Below are positions 48,198 through 60,661 of a stretch of 64,000 bases of DNA, in pieces (positions within the stretch are counted from its first letter, which is position 1; the number at the start of each line of letters is the position of its first letter). The stretch covers positions 1,364,001-1,428,000 of the forward strand of contig CATNEN010000039.1 in the NCBI GenBank assembly GCA_950097015.1. The letters are read 5' to 3'. This DNA comes from Macrostomum hystrix. Taxonomy: Eukaryota > Animalia > Platyhelminthes. The notes beneath the pieces were generated by a model. It made no database searches, was not told the DNA's origin, and saw nothing but the letters and a program-made list of their open reading frames with translations. The position numbers and the translations under genes are program-made.

Positions 48198-50149
48198 GGA
48201 TCCTAAACACTTCGTCATCTTACAACTTCGTCATCCACTTTGAAGGCAGGACACTTCGTCATCCAGCCAATCGGCATGCTTTAAAGTTTGGTCATTTCGT
48301 CATCTACTAATAACAAGCATTGTTGTCTGTAGACTCAAACAGATTCTTCTGCGTACAAGTACAGGTATATGTAAAAATGAGGCTGAAGTGAAACTTGTCC
48401 CCTCCTCCTTTCTCATTCTGGACTTGGGACCAGACAATGGCGGAGTTACGACCACAAAAATGGTCGTCCCGTACGTATGTATACATGTAGCATAAATTAA
48501 GTAATATGTAAATTGGTAAATTTAAATTTTAATCTATGATCATTATAGACTGGCACAAAGATTAAAGGCACGAAGACACAAATGCTTTTAACATGAAATT
48601 TAATGTTAAAATGCTAAATCAGGTAAATGAAATTTACCTTAATTCGGCTTGGCTTTAACTTAACGCTTATCCGGCTTGCCTACCGAAACGGGGAATGTGG
48701 CCTAGGCGACTGCAGCTGACCAGAAAGCTGCGCACAGAGAGCTCACTGGCTCGATATTTCGCCCAGTTTAAGCTCTGCTAACTCCTGAAGCTGCTGGTAC
48801 CGCACTTTCTGATGGCGCTCTGTCAGCAGCTTGCTCACGCACCAAGGCAGCGTATACTGGCACCAGCTGAGCCTCATTGTGTAACAGTTGGCCAAATACG
48901 CTTATTTCTTTTACGCCATGCACTAGATTCTCCAGCCAAGTGCTGCTGACGTATTCAGCCAGGTCGAGCAGTTCCGGCGACTGCACCCCAGCAACATTCT
49001 GGGCCAGGCCTTCTGCCATGAGACTGCCATACAGCGGCTTCAAAATCCAGAACACAGGGTTCTCAGCACATTAAAACAGCATTGAAGTCGTGAATAGTCT
49101 TGCCTGACATTAGCAAAGATAAGCGGCACATTTTTCAGGTGCGTTTCTTGGCGCAGGTAGCAGTTGTTAGAATATCAGTTGATAGAACAACGAGCGCGGC
49201 AGCCGGTCGAAAGCAGGCTCACTTTGCCTCTGTCTTCAGCTCCAGGTGTGCTCGCAGGTGTGCGCCGATGGCCCACTGCGAAATTGGCCCTGATGTTCAA
49301 TGGCTGTGGCGCGGCATTTGAACCTGGAATTGCGGCTAGAGCAACGTATTTCTGCTTGCCATTTTTTCATAGTTAAATCCCATCACGAAATCCCCCGGTC
49401 TGTACGATGCACAACTGCATCTTTCCCTTTATTCGTTCCACTGGCAATACGGAAGTAAGTCTCCTCCTGGAGGCCCACAGGAAACTGCTGAGGTGTGGCT
49501 CCTGGAATTGACCCACATCAGCAGCGTACAGTTCAGCCTGGATCTCATCTATATCTGGCTCCAGATAAGGGCTTAAGGGCTTGCTGGCGAGGTCGCACAA
49601 GGGCTGTTTGTGCTCATGCGGTTTCATTCTGGTCGCCCTTCTATACTAAATAACTTAATTGGGTGCACGTCGGAGTGATGTATGGTTGAGGTGGGATGGT
49701 GGGGCGGAGGTGTGAAAACTTAAAGGTGGGCTAAAGATGGATTGAGGGAACAGGTGCCCAACACGAGGTCTTAATTGAGCCTATTGGGTGCACGTCGGAT
49801 AAGGAGGTGTTTAGTTTTGGTGTTTGCTTCGTTTGGAATAAAGTGAGGGTGGGGTGGTGGGGCGAAGGTGTGAACACGCTTCCCAGTCTAAATTGTCAAA
49901 AAATGTGTCAAAACTGATTTCATTACAAGAGTTGAAAGATAGGTGCCAACACGATGTCTCAAAAAAACAAAATCGTGTGAATGTTGAGGGTGACGTGGGG
50001 TGGGGAGGTGTGGTTCTGTTCTAACTTTGAAAACTTTTATTTTATAGATTACGAAGTGTCCACAAGTCTAAGTCACTTCGTCATCCACCCTCTGAGATAT
50101 TGAACAGATCTTCATCTGGATGACGAAGATGACGAAGTGTCCAGGTACC
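48198..50149 (-). mobile_element. Degenerate Mutator-like (FLYWCH/MULE) element
   Basis: TSD GTGCCATG (8-9 bp); TIRs GGATCCTAAACACTTCGTCATC / GGTACCTGGACACTTCGTCATC with subterminal ACTTCGTCATC repeats. On the - strand: FLYWCH-like RCSSRNSRFKCRAT...HTCEH and transposase C-terminus EYVSSTWL..SVFGQ/LLHNEAQLV. Confidence 0.82.
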
Positions 50150-50486
50150 GTGCCATGGACGGGTCACGGCAGGAATAGATAGGGGCCTACTACCAGTTTA
50201 GCCGAACAATTAGTTAAACTCTGGCCGGCAGGGAGTAAAATCGGGCCATGATAAGCACTGCTTACCACCAGTCTTCTCGTGGTAAGACTATAGACATCTT
50301 GAATAAGCGGAATGTTCAACAATTGCACCTTTTAGGTGTTTCTTGGCAACAGTCCTTGCCTTATGAGACTGTTTGAGCAATGAAAAGAACGATTAATTAG
50401 TGTTACTTTCCATGCCGTTCTGTACGAACTTGACAAAAATCATGGTGTACAATAAATTATCTAGCCGACCCAGACTACGGGAACTA

Positions 50487-51127
50487 CCAAAACCAGATAG
50501 AGTTTGTTGGGGCTATAGACCCTGACTGAGAGGTCGCGAGTTCGAATCTCATACAACGACGGGAGCAACCAAAACCAGATAGAGTTTGTTGGGGCTATAG
50601 ACCCTGACTGAGAGGTCGCGAGTTCGAATCTCATACAACGACGGGAGCAACCAAAACCAGTTAGAGTTTGTTGGAGCTATAGACCCGGACTGAGAGGTCG
50701 CGAGTTCGAATCTCATACAACGACGGGAGCAACCAAAACCAGTTAGAGTTTGTTGGAGCTATAGACCCTGACTAAGAGGTCGCGAGTTCGAATCTCAGTC
50801 AACCACGGGAGCAACCAAAACCAGTTAGAGTTTGTTGGGGCTATAGACCCGGACTGAGAGGTCGCGAGTTCGAATCTCATACAACGACGGGAGCAACCAA
50901 AACCAGTTAGAGTTTGTTGGAGCTATAGACCCTGACTGAGAGGTCGCGAGTTCGAATCTCATACAACGACGGGAGCAACCAAAACCAGTTAGAGTTTGTT
51001 GGGGCTATAGACCCTGACTGAGAGGTCGCGAGTTCGAATCTCATACAACGACGGGAGCAACCAAAACCAGTTAGAGTTTGTTGGAGTTATAGACCCTGAC
51101 TGAGAGGTCGCGAGTTCGAATGTCAGT
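50487..51127 (+). repeat. 8 x 81-82-bp tandem array of a tRNA-like SINE head
   Basis: Each unit contains GAGGTCGCGAGTTCGAATCTC (variable loop plus T-arm/B-box). Confidence 0.92.
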
Positions 51128-51325
51128 GAAAGGTTGATAGCACAATACACGTCTAATTGCACAAGTCACTTGATTCCCAGTTACTCTACTTCACCAGCTG
51201 TATAAAATTGTCACTTGTATTATTATAACTGGAGTAGAATTAACTTGGTTAGTTGTGGCGGCCTGCCAGTCCACGGACTGAACAGCTGTACGCAGCCTCA
51301 AAATGCACGCGGCTGCGCCTACTAT
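51060..51325 (+). mobile_element. SINE family 2 copy (last head unit plus body and tail)
   Basis: Tail GGCGGCCTGCCAGTCCACGGACTGAACAGCTGTACGCAGC matches 3297-3340. Confidence 0.55.
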
Positions 51326-51784
51326 AATCTTATTTGCATTGTGACCCTGTGCAACTTGGAAGCAACAATCACAAGCTCACACATTACATAAAAAGAAGCA
51401 AGAATTACATAAAATAGATTCTATTGTAATAGTAATAGTAATAGTAATTATTAAATAGTAAAACACACCATGAGAATTAATAAAATGTTGGGCTAAAAAA
51501 TACCATCACTTAAAAAACTCAATCAATAAGACAATAGTGTATAATATAGTTTAATAAACATATTTTTACAAGTGATTACTTCAAGAAAATCACTACAATG
51601 GACACAGCAAAGGCAAAAGTAAAACATTAAATTCATAGAAAATTTCTAAGGATGCATGCAAACAAGCTTATAAATATAGAGCTAACCTACTCTTCGTGAT
51701 TCTCAGCGCTTTCCTAATGCACAAAACAGTTTTAAAGATCCTGTAAAAATGCTTTCCTACTTCAGACACCTATCGAACTCCGAC

Positions 51785-51997
51785 CCCCACCTCACTCCGT
51801 CACCTACCTCACTCCGTCCTCACCTCACTCCGTCCCCCACCTCACTCCGTTCCCCACCTCACTCCGTTACCCACCTCACTCCGTCCCCTACCTCACTCCG
51901 TTCCCCAGCTCACTCCGTTCCCCACCTCACTCCGTTCCCCACCTCACTCCGTTCCCCACCTCACTCCGTCCCCTACCTCACTCCGTCGCCCACCTCA
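51785..51997. repeat. 17-bp minisatellite just 3' of the CAP gene
   Basis: CTCACTCCGTTCCCCAC. Confidence 0.92.
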
Positions 51998-52055
51998 TTC
52001 TGTCAACCTACCCATTCTGTCACTCCCCTAACTATATCAACCACTTCAAATTCCT

Positions 52056-55000
52056 TCACCCCATAACAGGCTCAGCCATCCCATTGCTCGGCACAATGAT
52101 GCTCCCGGACGCAGGCTCAGGCAGCTGGCTCTCGGGATCGTCGACAACGACCTCCCCAGGCGCAGCCGCGGGTAGCACATTGTCCTCGAAGCATTTTTCG
52201 ACATTTCCGGGAGGAAAATACAGAGCAACGATAACGTTAGTGACGATTGCTGGGCAGTCCTCGTCAGCAGCCAGGCTCCGGCTGGGCTGTTCATCATCAA
52301 GGTCACTGCTGGATTCCCGCCGCTGTTGCTGCTGCTGCTGCTGAGCTGATCTCGTCGTCACCATCGTGGCGCTCGCGATGCCCAGCAGGCGACTGGCCCG
52401 CCAGACGAGCTGCGTGAAGTGGCCTGCGTTTGGTTCGATGCTCGTGCAGTAGATTTTTCGGTTTCAGACTCTTGCTACTGATAGTAGTCTTCATCAGAAG
52501 TCCCAGCATGCATGCACTGCCTCACCTGTGCCATCCTGCGGCTGAGCCACCTCGAAACTGTAACCTGGGTCGGAGCACTCCGTGTACCACATCCGGGTTG
52601 CTTCCGGGCCTTCGAAAGAGAAAGTTTTTCACGAAAATGATTTTCAGGTCTTATTGCAACAAATCACCAACGAACTCAGATCCCCAAGCAGATTTAGTTG
52701 AGATCTAATTGAGATTCTAACTATGCAAACCCAAGCCAAATGAGAGCCTTAACTCAATAGAATCTCAGTCAGATCTCAAACCTTTAACATCATAACTTAC
52801 ATAAAATCCCCAACTGGGAGCAGTGCGAAAAATATCCACATCCCTCCACTATTTTAACAGCATTCACACAGACGCTCCAGCCATGTTTTATGAGGCCTGG
52901 TTGACGAGCGGTTTCTACGAGTATAGTTTCTCGTAGTATAAGTGCACACTGCTTTTGCCTTAATAGTACTATCAGTACGCAAACATGCCCAGTCAGCCAG
53001 TTATAACAACCCAGGCGGTGGCTATTATTGTTTTCATTGTTTTACAAATCCAATCTTTTTCTGCAGGGCATGCAGCGCGGCTCCCTGAGCCTCTACGCCA
53101 AAGAGTGCAGCAGCCCACCCCCACCGCTGTGCAAGACCTCGGCAAGCCTGGCCGTTTGCAGTGGAATAGAATTTCCTCTGTGTTTGTGTGCGGGGCCTAT
53201 AAGTAAGCAGATTCGAGGGAATGCCACGCCGCAGAGGGGCCCGTGACGTCAGCGGCTGCATCGGCGCTGTTTGTGCAGATTAAATTCACAGGCGCGAGTT
53301 CGAATCGCCTCAGCAGGCTCACGGAAATGGATTTTAGCTTTGGCTCGTCCATTAACTGAAGCTCTGTTTTTTGCGCATTAAACTGTACGCTCCTAAATCG
53401 AAAAGAACATAAAACTATTCACGCAAAAAATATTTTTTACACCATTAAATTCAAGTTTTGCCTTTAAGGCTAAAGGATGCCTATCACGCGGCTATCCTGA
53501 TTTGTTTTGGGGCAAGTTTACCCTGATTTGTCACTTAGCAGTTGTCCAGTATCGACAGTCTCTAGTCCTCAACAATCCGATCACGTGACTATCACGCGGC
53601 TGGAAACCGACTGGTGGGTTAGCAAGGCTCTGCGATAAGTGCAATCCCTCAATCCCCAGGCACAAAGGCCTATGCAATGTGACGACCCGAGCCATGTGAC
53701 ACGAGGCTTTGGGTGGACAATTTCTTCTTTAGTTTCCCGACGATACATTTTCAGTGATTTTCGTATGCTGCTTCAGGATCATCGTTCAACGGGAGAGAGA
53801 AAATGGGTATAGGGGAAAACAGACGCGGGGATAAATAGAGAGTGAACAAATGGGAGAGCCGAATCCCATTCTGGCACAGTTTTGGGTCATGAAATTTGCG
53901 TTCATGAAAGTTTCGACGCTTCAAAGCGCAATCAGACAAGCAGAGCAGATATGGTTGATGCTAGACATGCATGCTATCTGAGCTGTGCGTTTGAATTGAG
54001 AATGCAAAAGCTAGCTAAATTAAAATATAAAAATGCTTAATTAAAAATCTTACTAAACCAGATCCATAGCTGGATCAGATCCCAGCCACCCATGTTGAAC
54101 CAGATCCATAGCTGGATCAGATCCCAGCCACCCATGTTGAACCAGATCCATAGCTGGATCAGATCCCAGCCACCCATGCTGAACCAGATCCATAGCTGGA
54201 TCAGATCCCAGCCACCCATGCTGAACCAGATCCATAGCTGGATCAGATCACAGCCACCCATGTTGAACCAGATCCATAGCTGGATCAGATCCCAGCCACC
54301 CATGTTGAACCAGATCCATAGCTGGATCAGATCCCAGCCACCCAAACTAAACCAGATCCATAGCTGGATCAGATCCCAGCCACCCATGCTGAACCAGATC
54401 CAAAGCTGGATCAGATCCCAGCCACCCATGTTGAACCAGATCCATAGCTGGATCAGATCCCAGCCACCCATGTTGAACCAGATCCATAGCTGGATCAGAT
54501 CCCAGCCACCCATGCTGAACCAGATCCATAGCTGGATCAGATCCCAGCCACCCATGCTGAACCAGATCCATAGCTGGATCAGATCACAGCCACCCATGTT
54601 GAACCAGATCCATAGCTGGATCAGATCCCAGCCACCCATGTTGAACCAGATCCATAGCTGGATCAGATCCCAGCCACCCAAACTAAACCAGATCCATAGC
54701 TGGATCAGATCCCAGCCACCCATGCTGAACCAGATCCAAAGCTGGATCAGATCCCAGCCACCCATGCTGAACCAGATCCATAGCTGGATCAGATCCCAGC
54801 CACCCATGTTGAACCAGATCCATAGCTGGATCAGATCCCAGCCACCCAAACTGAACCAGATCCATAGCTGGATCAGATCCCAGCCACCCATGCTGAACCA
54901 GATCCAAAGCTGGATCAGATCCCAGCCACCCATGCTGAACCAGATCCATAGCTGGATCAGATCCCAGCCACCCATGTTGAACCAGATCCATAGCTGGATC

Positions 55001-58000
55001 AGATCCCAGCCACCCATGTTGAACCAGATCCATAGCTGGATCAGATCCCAGCCACCCATGTTGAACCAGATCCATAGCTGGATCAGATCCCAGCCACCCA
55101 TGTTGAACCAGATCCATAGCTGGATCAGATCCCAGCCACCCATGTTGAACCAGATCCATAGCTGGATCAGATCCCAGCCACCCATGCTGAACCAGATCCA
55201 TAGCTGGATCAGATCCCAGCCACCCATGCTGAACCAGATCCATAGCTGGATCAGATCACAGCCACCCATGTTGAACCAGATCCATAGCTGGATCAGATCC
55301 CAGCCACCCATGTTGAACCAGATCCATAGCTGGATCAGATCCCAGCCACCCAAACTAAACCAGATCCATAGCTGGATCAGATCCCAGCCACCCATGCTGA
55401 ACCAGATCCAAAGCTGGATCAGATCCCAGCCACCCATGCTGAACCAGATCCATAGCTGGATCAGATCACAGCCACCCATGTTGAACCAGATCCATAGCTG
55501 GATCAGATCCCAGCCACCCAAATTGAACCAGATCCATAGCTGGATCAGATCCCAACCACTCAAACTGAACCAGATCCATAGCTGGATCAGATCCCAACCA
55601 CTCAAACTGAACCAGATCCATAGCTGGATCAGATCACAGCCACCCATGCTGAACCAGATCCATAGCTGGATCAGATCACAGCCACCCATGCTGAACCAGA
55701 TCCATAGCTGGATCAGATCACAGCCACCCATGTTGAACCAGATCCATAGCTGGATCAGATCCCAGCCACCCATGCTGAACCAGATCCATAGCTGGATCAG
55801 ATCACAGCCACCCATGCTGAACCAGATCCATAGCTGGATCAGATCCCAACCACCCATGCTGAACCAGATCCATAGCTGGATCAGATCACAGCCACCCATG
55901 TTGAACCAGATCCATAGCTGGATCAGATCACAGCCACCCAAATTGAACCAGATCCATAGCTGGATCAGATCCCAACCACTCAAACTGAACCAGATCCATA
56001 GCTGGATCAGATCCCAACCACTCAAACTGAACCAGATCCATAGCTGGATCAGATCACAGCCACCCATGCTGAACCAGATCCATAGCTGGATCAGATCACA
56101 GCCACCCATGCTGAACCAGATCCATAGCTGGATCAGATCACAGCCACCCATGTTGAACCAGATCCATAGCTGGATCAGATCCCAGCCACCCATGCTGAAC
56201 CAGATCCATAGCTGGATCAGATCACAGCCACCCATGCTGAACCAGATCCATAGCTGGATCAGATCCCAACCACCCATGCTGAACCAGATCTATAGCTGGA
56301 TCAGATCACAGCCACCCATGTTGAACCAGATCCATAGCTGGATCAGATCCCAGCCACCCATGCTGAACCAGATCCATAGCTGGATCAGATCACAACCACC
56401 CATGTTGAACCAGATCCATAGCTGGATCAGATCACAGCCACCCATGTTGAACCAGATCCATAGCTGGATCAGATCCCAGCCACCCATGCTGAACCAGATC
56501 CATAGCTGGATCAGATCACAGCCACCCATGTTGAACCAGATCCATAGCTGGATCAGATCACAGCCACCCATGTTGAACCAGATCCATAGCTGGATCAGAT
56601 CCCAGCCACCCATGCTGAACCAGATCCATAGCTGGATCAGATCCCAACCACTCAAACTGAACCAGATCCATAGCTGGATCAGATCACAGCCACCCATGTT
56701 GAACCAGATCCATAGCTGGATCAGATCCCAACCACTCAAACTGAACCAGATCCATAGCTGGATCAGATCACAGCCACCCATGTTGAACCAGATCCATAGC
56801 TGGATCAGATCCCAACCACTCAAACTGAACCAGATCCATAGCTGGATCAGATCCCAGCCACCCAAACTAAACCAGATCCCAGCCACCCATGCTGAACCAG
56901 ATCCATAGCTGGATCAGATCCCAAACCACCCAAACTGAACCAGATCCATAGCTGGATCAGATCCCAAACCACCCAAACTAAACCAGATCCATAGCTGGAT
57001 CAGATCCCAAACCACTCAAACTAAACAAGATCCATAGCTGGACCAGATCCCAAACCACTCAAACTAAACCAGATCCCAAACCACCCAAACTGAACCAGAT
57101 CCATAGCTGGATCAGATCCCAAACCACCCAAACTAAACCAGATCCATAGCTGGATCAGATCCGAAACCACTCAAACTAAACCAGATCCATAGCTGGATCA
57201 GATCCCAAACCACCCAAACTAAACCAGATCCCAGCCACCCAAACTGAACCAGATCCATAGCTGGATCAGATCCCAAACCACTCAAACTAAACCAGATCCC
57301 AGCCACCCAAACTGAACCAGATCCATAGCTGGATCAGATCCCAAACCACCCAAACTGAACCAGATCCATAGCTGGATCAGATCCCAAACCACTCAAACTA
57401 AACCAGATCCCAGCCACCCAAACTGAACCAGATCCATAGCTGGATCAGATCCCAAACCACCCAAACTAAACCAGATCCATAGCTGGACCAGATCCCAGCC
57501 ACCCAAACTAAACCAGATCCATAGCTGGATCAGATCCGAAACAACTCAAACTAAACCAGATCCCAGCCACCCAAACTAAACCAGATCCATAGCTGGATCA
57601 GATCCCAAACCACTCAAACTAAACCCGATCCATAGCTGGATCAGATCCCAAACCACTCAAACTAAACCAGATCCCAAACCACCCAAACTGAACCAGATCC
57701 ATAGCTGGATCAGATCCCAAACCACCCAAACTGAACCAGATCCATAGCTGGATCAGATCCCAAACCACCCAAACTAAACCAGATCCATAGCTGGATCAGA
57801 TCCGAAACCACTCAAACTAAACCAGATCCATAGCTGGATCAGATCCCAAACCACCCAAACTAAACCAGATCCCAGCCACCCAAACTGAACCAGATCCATA
57901 GCTGGATCAGATCCCAAACCACTCAAACTAAACCAGATCCCAGCCACCCAAACTGAACCAGATCCATAGCTGGATCAGATCCCAAACCACCCAAACTGAA

Positions 58001-60661
58001 CCAGATCCATAGCTGGATCAGATCCCAAACCACTCAAACTAAACCAGATCCCAGCCACCCAAACTGAACCAGATCCATAGCTGGATCAGATCCCAAACCA
58101 CCCAAACTAAACCAGATCCATAGCTGGACCAGATCCCAGCCACCCAAACTGAACCAGATCCATAGCTGGATCAGATCCCAAACCACTCAAACTAAACCAG
58201 ATCCATAGCTGGATCAGATCCCAAACCACTCAAACTAAACCAGATCCATAGCTGGATCAGATCCCAAACCACTCAAACTAAACCAGATCCATAGCTGGAC
58301 CAGATCCCAAACCACTCAAACTAAACCAGATCCATAGCTGGACCAGATCCCAAACCACTCAAACTAAACCAGATCCCAAACCACCCAAACTGAACCAGAT
58401 CCATAGCTGGATCAGATCCCAAACCACCCAAACTGAACCAGATCCATAGCTGGATCAGATCCCAAACCACCCAAACTAAACCAGATCCATAGCTGGATCA
58501 GATCCGAAACCACTCAAACTAAACCAGATCCCAGCCACCCAAACTAAACCAGATCCATAGCTGGATCAGATCCCAAACCACTCAAACTAAACCAGATCCA
58601 TAGCTGGATCAGATCCCAAACCACTCAAACTAAACCAGATCCCAAACCACTCAAACTAAACCAGATCCCAGCCACCCAAACTGAACCAGATCCATAGCTG
58701 GATCAGATCCCAAACCACTCAAACTAAACCAGATCCATAGCTGGATCAGATCCCAAACCACCCAAACTAAACCAGATCCATAGCTGGATCAGATCCGAAA
58801 CCACTCAAACTAAACCAGATCCCAGCCACCCAAACTAAACCAGATCCATAGCTGGATCAGATCCCAAACCACTCAAACTAAACCAGATCCATAGCTGGAT
58901 CAGATCCCAAACCACCCAAACTAAACCAGATCCATAGCTGGATCAGATCCGAAACCACTCAAACTAAACCAGATCCCAGCCACCCAAACTAAACCAGATC
59001 CATAGCTGGATCAGATCCCAAACCACCCAAACTGAACCAGATCCATAGCTGGATCAGATCCCAAACCACTCAAACTAAACCAGATCCATAGCTGGACCAG
59101 ATCCCAAACCACTCAAACTAAACCAGATCCCAAACCACCCAAACTGAACCAGATCCATAGCTGGATCAGATCCCAAACCACCCAAACTAAACCAGATCCA
59201 TAGCTGGATCAGATCCGAAACCACTCAAACTAAACCAGATCCCAGCCACCCAAACTAAACCAGATCCATAGCTGGATCAGATCCCAAACCACCCAAACTG
59301 AACCAGATCCATAGCTGGATCAGATCCCAAACCACTCAAACTAAACCAGATCCATAGCTGGATCAGATCCCAAAATACTCAAACTAAACCAGATCCCAAA
59401 CCACCCAAACTAAACCAGATCCATAGCTGGATCAGATCGCAAACCACCCAAACTAAACCAGATCCATAGCTGGACCAGATCCCAGCCACCCAAACTGAAC
59501 CAGATCCATAGCTGGATCAGATCCCAAACCACCCAAACTAAACCAGATCCATAGCTGGATCAGATCCCAAACCACCCAAACTAAACCAGATCCATAGCTG
59601 GATCAGATCCCAAACCACCCAAACTAAACCAGATCCCAGCCACCCAAACTGAACCAGATCCCAGCCACCCAAACTAAACCAGATCCCAGCCACCCAAACT
59701 GAACCAGATCCATAGCTGGATCAGATCCCAAACCACTCAAACTAAACCAGATCCCAGCCACCCAAACTGAACCAGATCCATAGCTGGATCAGATCCCAAA
59801 CCACCCAAACTAAACCAGATCCATAGCTGGACCAGATCCCAGCCACCCAAACTGAACCAGATCCATAGCTGGATCAGATCCCAAACCACCCAAACTAAAC
59901 CAGATCCATAGCTGGATCAGATCCCAAACCACCCAAACTAAACCAGATCCCAGCCACCCAAACTGAACCAGATCCATAGCTGGATCAGATCCCAAACCAC
60001 TCAAACTAAACCAGATCCATAGCTGGACCAGATCCCAGCCACCCAAACTGAACCAGATCCATAGCTGGATCAGATCCCAAACCACCCAAACTAAACCAGA
60101 TCCATAGCTGGATCAGATCCCAACCACACAAACTGAACAAGATCCTAGCTGGATCAGATCCCAATCAGTTGAAATACCAGCAGGGAACCAGGTCTCAGGA
60201 CTATGCGGTAGAATCCTTAACGTCTCACCAGTGAGCAGACGGGCCACGCCGGCCCCGGCCCAGCAGGTCGCCACCCGGTAGGCGATCGCTTCCCCGGCGT
60301 GGACGCCGCGGTGGAAGAGCCGCAGCTGCCGATCGCTATGCTGGAACTGTCCGCCAGCTGCGGCGGCCTCGGCCAGCGCGGCGGCCATTTGGCAGAGCGG
60401 GCGGGACAGGCGCAGGGGCCTCGCGCGATGTAGCCGACGGAGCCGGTTGTGCTCGGCCAGGCCCTCCGCTTCCAGGCAGGTCCAGGCGGGCTCGCTGTCG
60501 TCGGCGTCCTCGCAGGCCAGCTCCCTGGGCAGCTCGTAGTTTGGCATCGTCCAGCCGCTGTCGTGCATGGAGAAGCCCCGGATGATGCTGACGGTGCGGC
60601 GAAGCTTCTTCCTGCCGCTCTGGGCCGCGGCCCGCCTCGAGTGAATGCGCTGCTCCGACAT
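52056..60661 (-). CDS. CAP-domain protein, GAPR-1/GLIPR2-like, about 294 aa; exons 60661-60229, 52609-52526, 52423-52056
   Basis: EHNRLRRLHRARPLRL, QHS, GEAIA, MWYTE, GTGHFTQLVWRASRLLGI, IVALYFPPGNV..FEDNVLP; two phase-1 GT-AG introns. Confidence 0.88.
54053..60163. repeat. About 6.1-kb 42/43-bp satellite in CAP gene intron 1
   Basis: GAACCAGATCCATAGCTGGATCAGATCCCAGCCACCCATGTT and variants. Confidence 0.98.

Noticed and set aside
50487-51127. tRNA gene cluster or CRISPR-like array
   Set aside because: No acceptor stem or D-arm can be formed, there are no unique spacers or cas genes, and the context is eukaryotic.
54037-56908. 746- and 938-aa repetitive ORFs
   Set aside because: Translations of a 42-bp intronic satellite, with no codon-position pattern of variation.
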